NCBI GenBank assembly: GCA_051294905.1
Contig: CM119372.1
Span: 3,350,001-3,414,000 of the forward strand
Reading direction: 5' to 3'
DNA from: Botryllus schlosseri
Taxonomy: Eukaryota
DNA length: 64,000 nt
The notes beneath the pieces were generated by a model. The model saw only the letters and a program-made list of their open reading frames with translations. It was not told where the DNA came from and made no database searches. Below are positions 1 to 12,733 of the stretch, piece by piece (position 1 is the stretch's first letter; each line of letters begins with the position of its first letter). Made by a program: the position numbers and the translations under genes.

Positions 1-168
1 TTAAAAAGTGCGTTTAACAAGACTTTGACTTTAATGACTCGGACTTGGAGTCGAGTCATAATACCATGACTCGGACTCGATCCTCAACTAGCTGACTTGA
101 CTCGAGTCAAACCTATAAAAGTGAGATTGACTTGTGACTCGGAGCCTTGTGACTTGGTTACCACCCTG
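1..168 (-). mobile_element. End of non-autonomous hAT MITE with GACTCGAGTC/AAGTC arrays (truncated by window edge)
   Basis: Reverse complement (cagggtggtaaccaagtcacaaggctccgagtcacaagtcaatctcac...) matches the left end of the element at 55598. Confidence 0.8.
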
Positions 169-546
169 GAAATTACATATCTGTGAAGTCGTGAGAAACC
201 GACAGCATTTTCACGAAGTACTATGAATTAGTCATGGTCCAAAAAACACCCAATGATCCTTAATATCGTGTAGAAAAGACAATTAATTCTGTGAATTTTC
301 CTCATCATCTGCCATGCTACGAACGCGTCTTCCGTCATAATGAATGATACTCGAATACGATATTCGAATCGAAGCCAAATACACGATGCAGACCGATAGC
401 ATTCAGGTATAGTAACATGATAATATCTTGGTAGCAAGTCACACCTTCTTTAGTGATAAGACTTAACACCAAATGGAGCAACAATTTCTATTTACATCGA
501 ATCGAAAGTGTTGAAGGGACACTTGCCTAACTTTAGGTCTACCATA

Positions 547-1770
547 GTGGCGAGATAACGTAGTGGCTTAATACATAGCTGCAACACCAATGGATTGCGA
601 GTTCGAGTCCGACCGAGGTCGATTCCAGAATTCCTGTCTTAGTGTTGTAGGCTTATCTAGGCTCCTCCCCGTCATTTCGTCCGCGTATGCGGTGTCTTAT
701 AACCAGTGGTGAGATCAAGTCACTACCTTCGAGTCACGAGTCATCTCGAGTCATTGCACATTTTGACTCGAGTCAAGTCAAGTCAACCGTTTTTCAAAGG
801 TGACTCGAGTCAAGTCGAGTCAAGTCAAGTCATGTCACGTGTCAAGTCACGATTCAAGTCACGATTCAAGTCAAATTGAACTTCCGAAGTATGAGTGATG
901 ATGCAGAGTCATTACATTTTGCGAACTGGGAGAAGGACAGATTAATTGGCCATTTATCTTGAATAAAATAACGAATATAAAGTTAAATATACATGCAAAA
1001 AGGTGTTGTATCGCTCACGCACACGTAGAGATAATAAAACACGTGAGTAACTAGCTACATATGCCACAGTCTGTTGTTATCAGCCAATATAGAGGATCGA
1101 ATACGAAGCCTCGAGAAGTTGAACAAATTGATGTGGTACAATACGCTGCCCCTTTTACACATCCGTGAGAATATAAACGCATAAACTAAAATCGTTCGAT
1201 TTAAATCATACAAGAGTGTTGGTAAAGGTGATCACTGCGCATGCGCAATGTAAGCCCCATGAGCCGTACAAGAAACAAAGACACGTTACTATGACATTAA
1301 TCTACTGCTATACTACGACAACGTAAGCTGTGATCGTTTCATTTGCGGTCAATTTATTGGTTATGTAACAATGAAGGATCAGTGAAACGTACAATCGATG
1401 AATGACTGACGGTGGCTCTCCCAAATGACACCGACGTATCGCAAACAACCCAAACATACATAAGATGGGGTGATTTACTCGACATCGTTTACTTAATGAC
1501 TTGAAATTGACTCGTAAATTTTTGCTCCGAGTCACGAGTCAATCCACATTTTTGAAGTGTCGAGTCAAGTCAAGTCAAGTCATTTTTCCAAAGTGACTCG
1601 ACTCACGTTAAGTCATTCGAAAAAGTTGACTCGGGTCATCCTAACACTGCTTATAACAGCCTAGAAGCGGGCTTTACTACAAAGTCGGCAGCTACGGAAT
1701 AAAAATGAAAAATTGGCCTGGTGTAAATGATCATAGTACTCGACAAACACCATGAATACCTCGGAACAAA
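547..1770 (+). mobile_element. tRNA-derived SINE family 1, interrupted by a MITE
   Basis: Degenerate A box and B box (gttcgagtcc); body matches copies at 7759, 31968 and 35085; 12-bp TSD aggtctac(c/t)ata at 535-546 and 1771-1782. Confidence 0.85.
704..1649. mobile_element. Non-autonomous hAT MITE (GACTCGAGTC arrays) inserted in a SINE
   Basis: Imperfect TIR cagtggtgagat / atcctaacactg; perfect 8-bp TSD cttataac (696-703, 1650-1657); closely related copy at 11656-12617. Confidence 0.9.
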
Positions 1771-4160
1771 AGGTCTACTATATTTTCGAAACCGAAAAAG
1801 TAAGGCGAAAGTAGAACTGTTCGGCTTGAGTTTGATGATGTTTCACATTTCCTTGGTATATTGTTACTGGCAAAAGTTACAGAAAGAGACACAATAGCAA
1901 CAAATCAAATTTATATTTTACATTCAGCCCATGAATACTTTGCGGTTCCCTCAACTTTTGCTAGCAAGGACTGATCCTTTATAACGAGATCGTGAAATTG
2001 TGTAAATGGATTATGATTGAAATTATATACAGCCGTCAAAGATTCTCGAAACTTATTAAACTGATAGGCTGGCTACAGTAATTGTTTGGACATTAAGACG
2101 TCCCCCCAAAATGTCATTCTGACAGTCCAAGCAAGTGGCTCGAACGCCGAAAAGCGGACATTTGGACGTCCGCGAAAGATCATTCACTTTTCCTGAGAAA
2201 AGAGGACAAGTAATCGTAAACGAGAACATATATGGTGGGCACTGGGCATACCTAACTTGCTGGTAACCAGGTGATTTTCTACTTTTATATGATATGTTGC
2301 AGTAAAACTGCTAGATGACCGAACATCCATATATTGACAGAATCAACCTCCGTTAACATCTAGAATATAGAAGTAGGGGGTTTGCATAACAAACGATTCA
2401 CGTAGCTAGACTTTTAGGTAACGATGCAGGATTACAGGTGCATATTTCTCAGAATAAAGCCGTTATCCCATGTCGTGGTTATTTGCGTCATCCGACATTA
2501 CGTTCCTGCATAATATAATAACATCATTGATAATAGCAGTCATTGAAATGTCCGTTTCCTGTTGCCCTGATGAGATATGTTCAAGCTTGAGTTAAAGTCG
2601 GGACAGTATGTTATACTGTGTAAGTTCTTGGTAAATTGCGGCACTCTCGCATAAATACAGTTCGTGCAAAGGTTGTAAAAAAGTTAATGGATTAACAGGT
2701 CATCGACCCATCACGATTGTAGACATGATTTCTCGTTAAAATTAAGCACCAGTATGTTAGGTCTCGTCTGTCATTAATTAATCGGTCAATACAATTCACT
2801 GATAAGTTTTTAACATATGACTATCAGCTCGCATCTCTCAGGATTCTTTTAATAGACCATGTATCATGCACAGGAAAATGTATCGTATTTCATGTACCAA
2901 TTGATCTGGTATACATGCAGTTTATAACAAATGTCATTGATAAGGTTTATTCTTTCTTCATTTAATTAATCCATCAGGTCATAAGAATTTCGAAAGTCGG
3001 GTTTTCCTCGTGCCTTTTTTTATACTGAGTGTAATGTGTAACAATAGAAAAAGTGTGCAAATATTCAATGGAAATTGCGAGGGTGATTTTATCGAGGTTT
3101 AGAGTTCTGATGAAAAGGAGTGGTAAATATAGAAATTAGAGTTCTGTATATCACTGATAAAAGTTACATGTGCGCACACCCAAATCAGAACAAATCATAA
3201 AACGACAGCGACATACTAATAAGATTGACAACGCCATTATATCGCTGAAACAGTGGCGTTGAAGGACAGTTGATGAAGGCACTCCAATATACAAACCAAG
3301 AGTGGAATCCAGAAATCATTATTTTGAAGCGTAATCACCATCCAAGTGTTTCATTTTCGCTATAATCGTTTTGGACGACGTTTTCTCAACACCAATTTCT
3401 AACGCATATGATAACATACCACGTCTTCGTGGAATGACAGTCAAGTCGAAGTTGACATCTTCGACATCATCTTATCGATGGTAGTGCTCCCTGCACATGT
3501 ACCTCGCCAGATATTGTCATTGCGAAGCAAGCATATAGTCGTTCCTGTGTAGGCTACATAGCAGTCGTGCTCTATACTGCCCCTATGACGTTAGTACAGT
3601 TACCACGTGGTTTCACTTCCTCTTTTGTGTCTCCCTGCTCTACATATATTGTGTATCGGCTGTACAGAAGTAGGTCTTTTACGCGCAAAGGTCAATATTG
3701 AATATACACCGGCCTACTTCTTCAGCTTAAATTACGCTATTACTGCCTTATACGACTCGCTGTCGGTAACCGCACCAAATATGGTTAGCGTTGACGGCTC
3801 TGTTCTTTCTTTGTACCTCAACAACTTGCACCAATACTTGCATTCATCGTATATATATTATGATCCACTTAGATAAAATGAACAATTACTGTACTGCAGT
3901 GGTTCTCAACCTGGGGCGCGCGCTCCCTTTGGGGGCGCGGGAGCCTCTCAGGGGGGGCGAGAAATTGACAAAGTCTGTATGAATTCTGACTAAGCATGTG
4001 TTTTACAACCATTCTGAGAAGACGATTGTTCATTATGAAACTTATTTCGTATTCAAGAAAGCTCGCCAAATTCAAACTCCAGCAGTCGCGATCAACTGAG
4101 TATAGGCTGATTTTAACTTCATTTGAGAAAATTTTTGAAATTTTCTTTGAAGATATAGAG

Positions 4161-5607
4161 CAGCGGTTCTCAACCGGGGGTCCGCGAAGCAATTTCAAGG
4201 GGTCCGCGAGACCTGTAAATTTTTAAAATGGTTGATAACCTAATTTTTGTTTTATTTTTTAATTTGAGAAAGCATGGGGTAGTTTCGCACCACAACTGCT
4301 AAAACCTCATGACTCATATCATCATAATAATCGTCTGACATGAGCTATCCTAGCGTGGAAAATCATTTTCATTGCCAATTTCCCAATAACCTCCTGACCC
4401 AAGCATATTGCTGTTTAGAGACGTTTTGTTGGGGTTGGTGGAAAAAATAAAAATATGGAGATAGTAACGTCAATCAGGGTGACTTCGTAATGTGTGTGCG
4501 AAATCTTCTCGATGCGAAGTTGTCAGTCTCATCAAATTAGTGAACAGTCGTTTGAAATAAAAATTTCCGAAGTATTTCCCTGATTTGTCCCAATGCAGGG
4601 ATTGAAACCTCGCCAGGAAATCCATTTTATCCCGTGATATTAATAACCACTCTTTGAACAGCTTCTTGGAGGTGCAGAACTTCAATATACAATTGAATAG
4701 TATATTCATATTGAAATGAACCCGAGTATTTTCGGCGGACACTCGTCATAAATCGGCAATGATATACCTGCTGTTAAAGCTCCGCTATCAGATTTGGCAC
4801 ATTCTTATTGCGGATTCCCTATCTACGAGGCTGGTGTTTTTGATGAACAAGGAGTGTTTCGTTGCTATCAAAGCATTACGCTCCTACCCTGAAATTCATA
4901 TCACCAGTTATATTGGTATGCAGCCTTGTCCTGTTTTAATGTTCAATTGTTCATTGTCGAAAATGTGTGCTCGTAAATATATATGTAAACCTGAACGTAA
5001 CAAATCGTTTCATGACAGTCTTTCTCAGGTTGGAAGACTTTGATCCATTATTTTGCGCATAAAATTTGTCTATACATTTTAGATTAGAATTTCTCTTTGA
5101 CGGTAGAAACTCTCTGCAGGCCGATCAAAATGCCTCGGCCCGCGGTCCGTATGTTGCCCGTGCCTGCGCTAGATGCTGGACGTGATATGTTCATGAAATA
5201 TATGTTTTTTCATTTGGTGCCATAAATGTTGCGATCACACCAAAAGTATCGTCGGAAGTGTTATGGGTGAATATTGCATTAGCCTCCATCTATCTTTGCG
5301 GAAATGGTTTTCGGCACTCCTCGTTCATATCAAAACGCAGACGCGGATTTTCAAGCCACGACCACGTACTCCAAGAAATACAGCACCAAAATTAGCTTTG
5401 AAATAATAAAAGTCTACCAATTTCTACATAAATAGCATGTTATTTTCCAGAAAAAAAATTATTTTGCAGTTTATCACAAGCCTACAGTTCATATTTGCAC
5501 AAGACAGATGAAGGTTGCACCATAATAGAGCTAAAACTTTAGGGGGTCCGCGAGGGTCCGTGACGGTCAAAAGGGGTCCGCGAAGCTAAAAAGGTTGAGA
5601 ACCACTG
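4161..5607. mobile_element. Nested non-autonomous hAT MITE
   Basis: TIR cagcggttctcaacc / ggttgagaaccactg; TSD at(a/t)tagag (4153-4160, 5608-5615); subterminal gggtccgcga repeats. Confidence 0.85.
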
Positions 5608-6037
5608 ATTTAGAGCAATTCCCACGTATAAGTCATTCATTACTTCATACCTTTGGCAGTAGCCTAAAGCTCGGTGTGCTGGTGAGCTGTTGTTAATAGC
5701 TGGCGAACTGCACTGCCTAAGACAGACTTAGATGCAATATAGGTTGCCCGGTTTTGCTCTCAATTAGGCTACCCTAAATCAACACAGTTTAATTTAATTA
5801 CAAAACTAAGCAAATTTAGCATAGCAGTACAGACCGACGCCGTGCTCTCCGTAGTCACTACCATCATTAGGATTAGTCTCAGTGCGACCTGCCCTGAAAT
5901 AAATTGATGTCCTGTTCAATGTTTTTGAGCCTTTCAAACAAGTTTGGGGAAATTTGTCAGTAATGTTAAAGACTCAACCATTGGAATGCGGATTCAGACT
6001 TGGCATAAGACATACCATGTGTACACTATTTTTAGAT

Positions 6038-6797
6038 CAGGGATGGGCAACCTGTGGCCGTAGAAGGGAATTTGTACGGCTGTCGACGCACCTAGTTCAA
6101 TTAGTATGTGTTGGCGGCCGTCGACATGGAGATTGAAATTACGAATTCACTCCCGAATTTTCTGGAGATTTTAATTAATCTTGAAATTTTATTCGCTCTC
6201 CGCGCAATTCAACATTACTTCATTTTCCGATATAGTAGCGCCGTTCTCAATCTGAGCCGGAATCGGAATCGTGTGCTATCACGACAGAAATTTGCTTAAT
6301 ATACATTTGCGCGATTTCAATATATTTCCATTACCGATACCATCGAAAATCTTGATGGGGGGTCAAGAAATAACAGCATGCAACAAAGTGATTAATAACA
6401 ATTTTCCCACCCGAAGATGCATTATCATTTATATACCTTTGTTTCGAAAGCACTACCTCCATAAAATCTACCGGTGAATCTGATCACATGGGCTGATGAG
6501 AAAGGATAAATATTTGATAGTAATATGTGATACTGCTACCATTAATTACCGAATTCCGGGCGACAATAGACAGTCCCAGCAACTATTCATAACATTGCCA
6601 CTCGCGATTTCGGTGCGCACAAGAGGCCGTTGTGAAAAGTAGAATAGTCCGGAGTTCGCCGGGAAAAGATATGGACAGATTAACATTGATATTTTGCGTC
6701 CAATTAGTTCATTACGGCTTATGCTCTGGAATGCGGCCTTAGGCTACATAAGTATTCGAAATGCGGCCGTGATTAGCAAAAAGGTAACCAACCTCTG
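6038..6797. mobile_element. Older nested hAT MITE
   Basis: Degenerate TIR cagggatgggcaacc / ggtaaccaacctctg with gcggcc motifs; TSD poorly preserved. Confidence 0.55.
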
Positions 6798-7758
6798 CAT
6801 TATATGATGTGCTATTTTTGATATGACGATAACTGCAGGGGGTCAGGGGGCGCAATTGTTTTGACCATCGCCAAGGGGGGCGCATGTCCAAAAAGGTTGA
6901 GAACCGCTGCTGTACTGTATTGGACCTAGAACGCAGAGCCTTGATATGGTATACATGACGAGTGATGTGTGGTGCGCTTCGATTGAGAACATGGAAAAAC
7001 GTATACGTGATACAATATTGATATATACTCCCTAATAAGACAACGTCACATTTCCACTAGTAGAAAGCATGGATGAAGATCGCAATGATGTGGCGGGAAA
7101 ATAGTATTCGGCAATATGATGGATCACGGTTACATTCTGGCGTCACAAGTACGAGTGTTAGATTGGGTGTCCTGGATCCTTGTCCATAAGACTATATCTA
7201 TATACACAGGAAGTGCTTTCAATTGTATTACGTACCTGGCCATGCCGGTATAAACTGAGTAAGGACACACGGCGTTAACGCGGACACTTTTCGGAGCATA
7301 CTCCAACGCCGTCGTCTTTGTGAGCGGGTTGACGGCGGCCTTGGTCATGCAATGAAACAAACAGTTTATGACCTGCGTGCCGGCGCAATAGCTCGATATG
7401 TTGACCACATTCTCCTTCTCTTTCAAAAGGTAAGGTTTTGCTTGTTGCGTTATTCGTACCATAGACTTTACGTTGACTTGAAACAGCCAGTTGAAATCGT
7501 CCATTTTACCCATCTCGAGATTCCCGGCGCTATTGAGCCCTGCGTTAATGACAAGAATCTCGATTCTCGAGAACCTTGACACAGTCATTTCGATTACCGA
7601 ATCCACCTTCTGTATAGGCCCGCGAACTCTGCCTTTACAATCAATACATCTTTGGTTCCTTTACTTTTACAAAGCGTAGCAACGACATCAACATTTTCCA
7701 AGTTTCGTCCTGTAATAGTGAGAAAGCAACCGTGTTCCGCGAAAGCCAAAGCAGCAGT

Positions 7759-8045
7759 TTGTTTGTTTGTTTGTTTTTGGGGTATTCATGGTGTTTTTCG
7801 ACTACTATGGTCATTTACACCAGGTCGATATTATTCTTATTCTCCGTAACTGCAGACTTATAGCACGGCCCACCTCTAGGCTTTTGTAAGACACCGCTGA
7901 CGCGGATGAGGTGGCGAGGAGGAGTCTAGGTAAACCTCCAACACTTAGGTATCGGAATTAGGAAGTCAACCTCGGTCGAACTCGAACCCGCACCCATTGG
8001 TGTTACAGCCGCGGATTATACCACTGCGCTATCTCGCCACCTACA
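7759..8045 (-). mobile_element. tRNA-derived SINE family 1
   Basis: Minus-strand A box TAGCGCAGTGG and B box GGTTCGAGT; (AAAC)n tail; 11-bp TSD aaagcagcagt (7748-7758, 8046-8056). Confidence 0.9.
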
Positions 8046-8052
8046 AAAGCAG

Positions 8053-8465
8053 CAGTGATGAGCGTATATCGATTTCTGAGAATTCGTATCCATCCTACAG
8101 CTCGAGTATCTGAGGAACAATCCGTCCAAATCTGAACAATCTGAACCAAAAATCCACTCGAATCCGAATAATGCCGTCCAGAATCCGAATCGAATAACTT
8201 TTCCAAAGAATCCTAATTGTATATCTCTGCATAGTATGGTCTTTACAAAGGCGGTTTGGGTTAGCTGAATTAAATTTGCTTGGATCTTTGGCAGAACAAC
8301 TTTAGAGAGCTACAGGTCCTATCAGAACGTGTTTACTGTCCGTGTTTGTTTGGTTGTCGGACGGACGATTATCAAATGTCCGAAGCAGTAAAAGAATCCG
8401 AATGTCTCAAAATTGTGCAAAATCCGGTCCGAAACCTACCCGAGTCCGTCCGATGCTCATCACTG
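8053..8465. mobile_element. Non-autonomous hAT MITE (GAATCC arrays) inside SDR exon 1
   Basis: TIR cagtgatgagc / gctcatcactg; TSD caaagcag (7747-7754, 8466-8473). Confidence 0.85.
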
Positions 8466-8864
8466 CAAAGCAGCCGCTCGTCCAATGCCACTGGAGGGAG
8501 GCGCTGCAACTTTTATCGGAGAATTCCATCGATATCATGTAAATCTGATACTAGAAGTGGAAGGATGCGCAATTGAAAATAGCACATGCATACAGAGACG
8601 GTATGTATGCTGGTGGCGTTTGATGATGCGAAGGTGGTTTTAATGACGCCATACTTCAACAGGCATAATGTCGAAGAAAGACTTATACCGCCAATACCGA
8701 TATTGATATGCAACGACGTACCAGGTCACCAAAATATCATGTACTAGTTCTAGCTCGAAACTTTAAAGAACCCACTTATTAACCATAGCACATATCACCC
8801 TATGTTCACGAGTGACATGTCTAAGGAATGCATGTTCCAGGGCTGCGTTATACCTGCATGGTAC

Positions 8865-9274
8865 CAGAGATGAGCATGGATTAGGATTAGGTTTTGAAAA
8901 AACAGGATTTGTGGAATTTTGTCGGATTTGGATTAGACATTTTTTTCAGAACGGATTAGGATTTGGATTGGATTTATCTATTTTGTGGGAGATTGAAATG
9001 TCGTGTGGCGAATGGCGACAAACTTTATTCAAATCAGTTATCATTGTACTTATGGTTACTAGGTAATACTGAATCAAGTGAATCGTTGGTTGTAAAAGAA
9101 AATTTTCGAATCCCTCCATTGCATTAATTAGTTTTTTTTCTGAATTTCCAGTTGGAATCGGATTAGGATTGGACATGGACTTGAATATGAAAAAGTTATG
9201 GATTAGGATTTGGATTTGAAGGTTTGGATTTGGATTGGATTAGGACATAGAAATTTCAAATCCGCTCATCTCTG
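8865..9274. mobile_element. Non-autonomous hAT MITE (GGATT arrays)
   Basis: TIR cagagatgagc / gctcatctctg; TSD c(a/c)tggtac. Confidence 0.85.
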
Positions 9275-9563
9275 CCTGGTACGTACAAGTTCTGCGATCA
9301 TTCTGAACTTCTACGACCATTAGTACTCAACTCATACAGTCGTAGCCCTATTCAGATTTCTTCTACCTCGCGAACTGGTACCGCACCAAATATATTACAA
9401 TATTTACCAGCGAGTTACCATTGTGTTACAACACACAAGTATGAAGCCAGCCCGTAAAATGCTAAGCAAATTGTGATCGGTCTGTTAATTCCGCTGGTGA
9501 TCCCAAGGCTTTGGTTGAGATTGAGAGTATGCATGTCTGAAACCTATCGGCAGCTATCTAGTC

Positions 9564-10299
9564 CAGGGGTGGCCAAACTTTTCAGCCAAAGGGCCACATT
9601 CGATTGATGAGATATTGTGCGGGTCACTAGCCGCGCGAAGCGCGAAAGTTTTTCGAAGTTCATAGCTCAGTAATATTTGTCACTTGACTATATTGCGGGC
9701 CTGCTGTATATAGCTGGGCTCAGTTTGCACGGACTGGACTATTCGGCGCCTGGACATATCAATTTCGAAAGCTTTGACCAACATGCATCAATCATTTTGT
9801 GCCTAGGTTTCACAGTCGACGGTCTTTCTGCGAGCGCAAACGCAAGGTCGCATATGTTGAACGACACTTTGTCTCGTGATCGCGAACGCGAATATAGTTA
9901 GACTCAATCTGCTACATTAGGAGTTCTTTCATTTTCGCAAAGGGGTAACAATATCAAAAGCAATAAATCTAGTAACAACATAGCCTACTGTGCGAAGCGT
10001 GTAGAAAATTTTGACTTTTGATAAATCCATCGCACATTATTCTGCTTTATTGTAGTGTACGAAGATCTACCAAAGTGTGACTGGCTCATGGATCTGCCAA
10101 TGCGTCGGAACTGATATTTTAGTCATCACATCTCACGTGTTACGGCCAGACTAATCAAATTTTTGGTTGGCTTTACAAGCTCACAAACTGTGCAATCCAT
10201 TTTTGATAATATTAGTAATTTCGGAAATTACCTCGCGGGCCACTCAAAACCTTCTCGCGGGGCACATGTGGCCCGCGGGCCACGGGTTGGCCGGCCCTG
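9564..10299. mobile_element. Non-autonomous hAT MITE (Charlie-type)
   Basis: TIR caggggtggccaa / ttggccggccctg; perfect TSD atctagtc; ggcccgcgggcc subterminal motifs. Confidence 0.88.
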
Positions 10300-11655
10300 A
10301 TCTAGTCTATATAAGTAACCTAACGATATATGCGCAACACGTGACTCACGGATGAGTACCCATATACATCTAGCGATTGCTGGTCGCCTCGTAAACAGAT
10401 ATTGTAACCCAGCGGCGGGACAGCATTATGTCTGGCCCTGGGGTGGATTCGAACACTATTGCCACTCAGACACCTCTTTGGGCATGTTCGGACTTTGCTG
10501 GCTTTGTTTGCTTTGCACGGACGTCATGTCTGTCTGACGGAAATACGTGGTCGTGTCTTGGAAATCTAAGTCACGGATTCTAATTATTCTTTCAAACATA
10601 AAAATTAACTAGACTTGACTTGAGTCCATTTGTGTATTGAGTCCACTTGTACTTGAGCCAGTGGGCATGACTGGACCAAGTCATACGACTCGAGACTCGG
10701 ACTGTCGAGATAGGTATTTCATTGTAACTTAGGATAGTAGCAAATAATATATCACATCATTGGTATATCGTCAGTAAGAACTGGTACTTCAAAATAGAGC
10801 CAGAAACTGTAAAGAGTGAGAAAGATGATTATATTATGGAAGCGAAGCATTCGATATCACCCTAGTAGCGTAATAAAAATTGGTCGTTTGAGCATCACTT
10901 GAACTCGTAACTAGACATTGAAAACACCGACTTGAACTTAGATCTCAACATCATGATTCGGACAAGATCCTCTGCTCCCCGAATTGAACTCGAATTGTAT
11001 TCTCACGTGTAATATTTCTAGTGATTTGAAGAATTGAATAAAATACGCTGCGAAAGGATTAGAAAATACAGAAGTTGTCAAGATACGACGCTTTTGACTC
11101 CGTCAAGAACTAAACACTGCCCTGTTGTTCACGCTGATAGATTTGACGCCATAAACAAAATGGCGTTGACACATTCCTCCACTTTTCCAATCCTACCCAG
11201 AGGTATTCCAGCACCTAAATCCTCGTAAAATTGGTCCAGTTGTTCCGTGGTGTCGAAGCGGTCCCTTCAGATAAATGATTAGAATACAATATCATGATAC
11301 ACAGCCTGTGGTGGTCACTGGTCAATTGGTCAGTAACGAAGTACGCGGCTACTTTGTCAGAGTACTCAAGTATGGGTCTTCCCTACTTGCAACATACTCA
11401 CTCAATTGGATATCCTTTCAGTGTACTTTCACGTATCCCAATTGGTTTTTGAATTAAAACTAATCGATTTTGTGCACGCGTTAGATTTTGCGAACTAGAC
11501 AGTATGTTTTGGGACAGGTCCGCATCACTTTTACGAGAAAAATTGTCATGACAAACGAACGAAATATAGCTCCTGTATCATCGAAAATGATTCTTTTTTT
11601 CGAAAAGTGCACGTATTAAATTTGTCGTTATTTACTTTGTGTTAGCAGCGAAGAT

Positions 11656-12617
11656 CAGTGTTGGGATCAAGTCACTACCTTCGAGTCACGAGTCATCTCG
11701 AGTCATTGCACATTTTGACTCGAGTCAAGTCAAGTCAATCGATTTTCGAAGGTGACTCGAGTCAAGTCAAGTCACTCGATTTTTGCAGGTGACTCGAGTC
11801 AAGTCGAGTCAAGTCAAGTCAAGTCACGAGTCAAGTCACAATTCAAGTCAAATTGTATTTTCGAAGTACCAGTGGTGATTTAAAGTCATAATATTTTGCC
11901 AGTTGTGTGAAAGACAGATAAATTAGCCATTTATCTTGAATCAAATAACGAATATGAAGTTGCGTTGTAGGCTATCGCACACGCACACGTAGAAGTGTTA
12001 ATAAAATACGTGGGCAACAGTATAGTTACATGCTGCAGAGTGTCAATATCAGCCAAAATAGAGGATCGAGTACGAAGCCTCGAGAAGTTTGAACGAATTG
12101 ATATGGTACCCATCTACACATCCGTGAGAATATAAATGTATAAACTATATTCATTCGATTTAAATCCTACAAGAGGGTTGATAAAGGTGAGCACTGCGCA
12201 ATGTTAGCACTGAGCCGTCTACGAAACAGAGATACGTTGCTTTTTATCAACTACTATTACTACGGCAACGTAAGCTGTGATCATTTCGTTTGTAGCCAAT
12301 TTATTCGTGATTTAACAATGGAGGACCGGTGAAACGTACAATCAGTAAATGACTGGTTTCTCTCACAAGTGTTACCGGCGTATTGCGAATAATCCGAACA
12401 TATGCACAGTGATTTAATCGACACCATTACTTTTAGATGACTTGAAATTGACTCGTAGATTTTGGTCCGAGTCACGAGTCAATCCACATTTCTGAAGCGC
12501 CGAGTCAAGTCAAGTCAAGTCATTTTTGCAAAGAGACTCGAGTCAAGTCAAGTCATACGAAAAAGTTGACTCGAGTCTGACTCGAGTCAAGTCATGACTC
12601 GAGTCATCCCAACACTG
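11656..12617. mobile_element. Non-autonomous hAT MITE (GACTCGAGTC arrays) in SDR intron
   Basis: TIR cagtgttgggat / atcccaacactg; perfect TSD gcgaagat (11648-11655, 12618-12625). Confidence 0.92.
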
Positions 12618-12733
12618 GCGAAGATACATCAATAATTTTGTTTTGGCGTGTTATGGAAATTGCTACTTCTTTCTACGTCTACTTGAGTACTTCTACTTAC
12701 GTAACAATGCAGACCACTTTGAACAGCCATAGT

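Larger units (their letters stand above)
3897..6909. mobile_element. Non-autonomous hAT (Charlie/Buster-type ends) carrying nested insertions
   Basis: TIR cagtggttctcaacc / ggttgagaaccgctg; perfect TSD ctgtactg (3889-3896, 6910-6917). Confidence 0.88.
2978..7190 (+). pseudogene. Decayed protein-coding relic of unknown family (copy A), split by the 3897-6909 insertion
   Basis: Possible acceptor ccatcag at 2977. 3500-3896 plus 6918-7190 align with 19030-19180 plus 23540-24060 in one reading frame with many synonymous differences (e.g. GLLRAKV/GLLRTKV, IRDTILI/VRDTILI). Multiple stops and indels. Confidence 0.55.
7236..8538 (-). pseudogene. SDR paralogue 3 (pseudogene): exon 1 only
   Basis: Homologous to the intact gene at 25782. 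Glycine-rich motif region damaged by a deletion; MITE and SINE inserted at 7755-8465; frameshift near 7620; YxxxK changed to HCMTK; donor ag|gtacgt at 7236/7235. Exon 2 is deleted: the sequence jumps to the 3' flank homologous to 23810-24060. Confidence 0.88.

Noticed and set aside
547..620. tRNA genes (also 7965-8045, 31968-32045, 35285-35363, 40315-40385)
   Set aside because: A and B boxes are present, but there is no complete cloverleaf and each continues into a SINE body with a simple-repeat tail, usually with a TSD.
704..880. GAGTCAAGTC arrays as a CRISPR array
   Set aside because: No constant repeat with unique spacers; these are subterminal motifs inside TIR/TSD-bounded eukaryotic MITEs.
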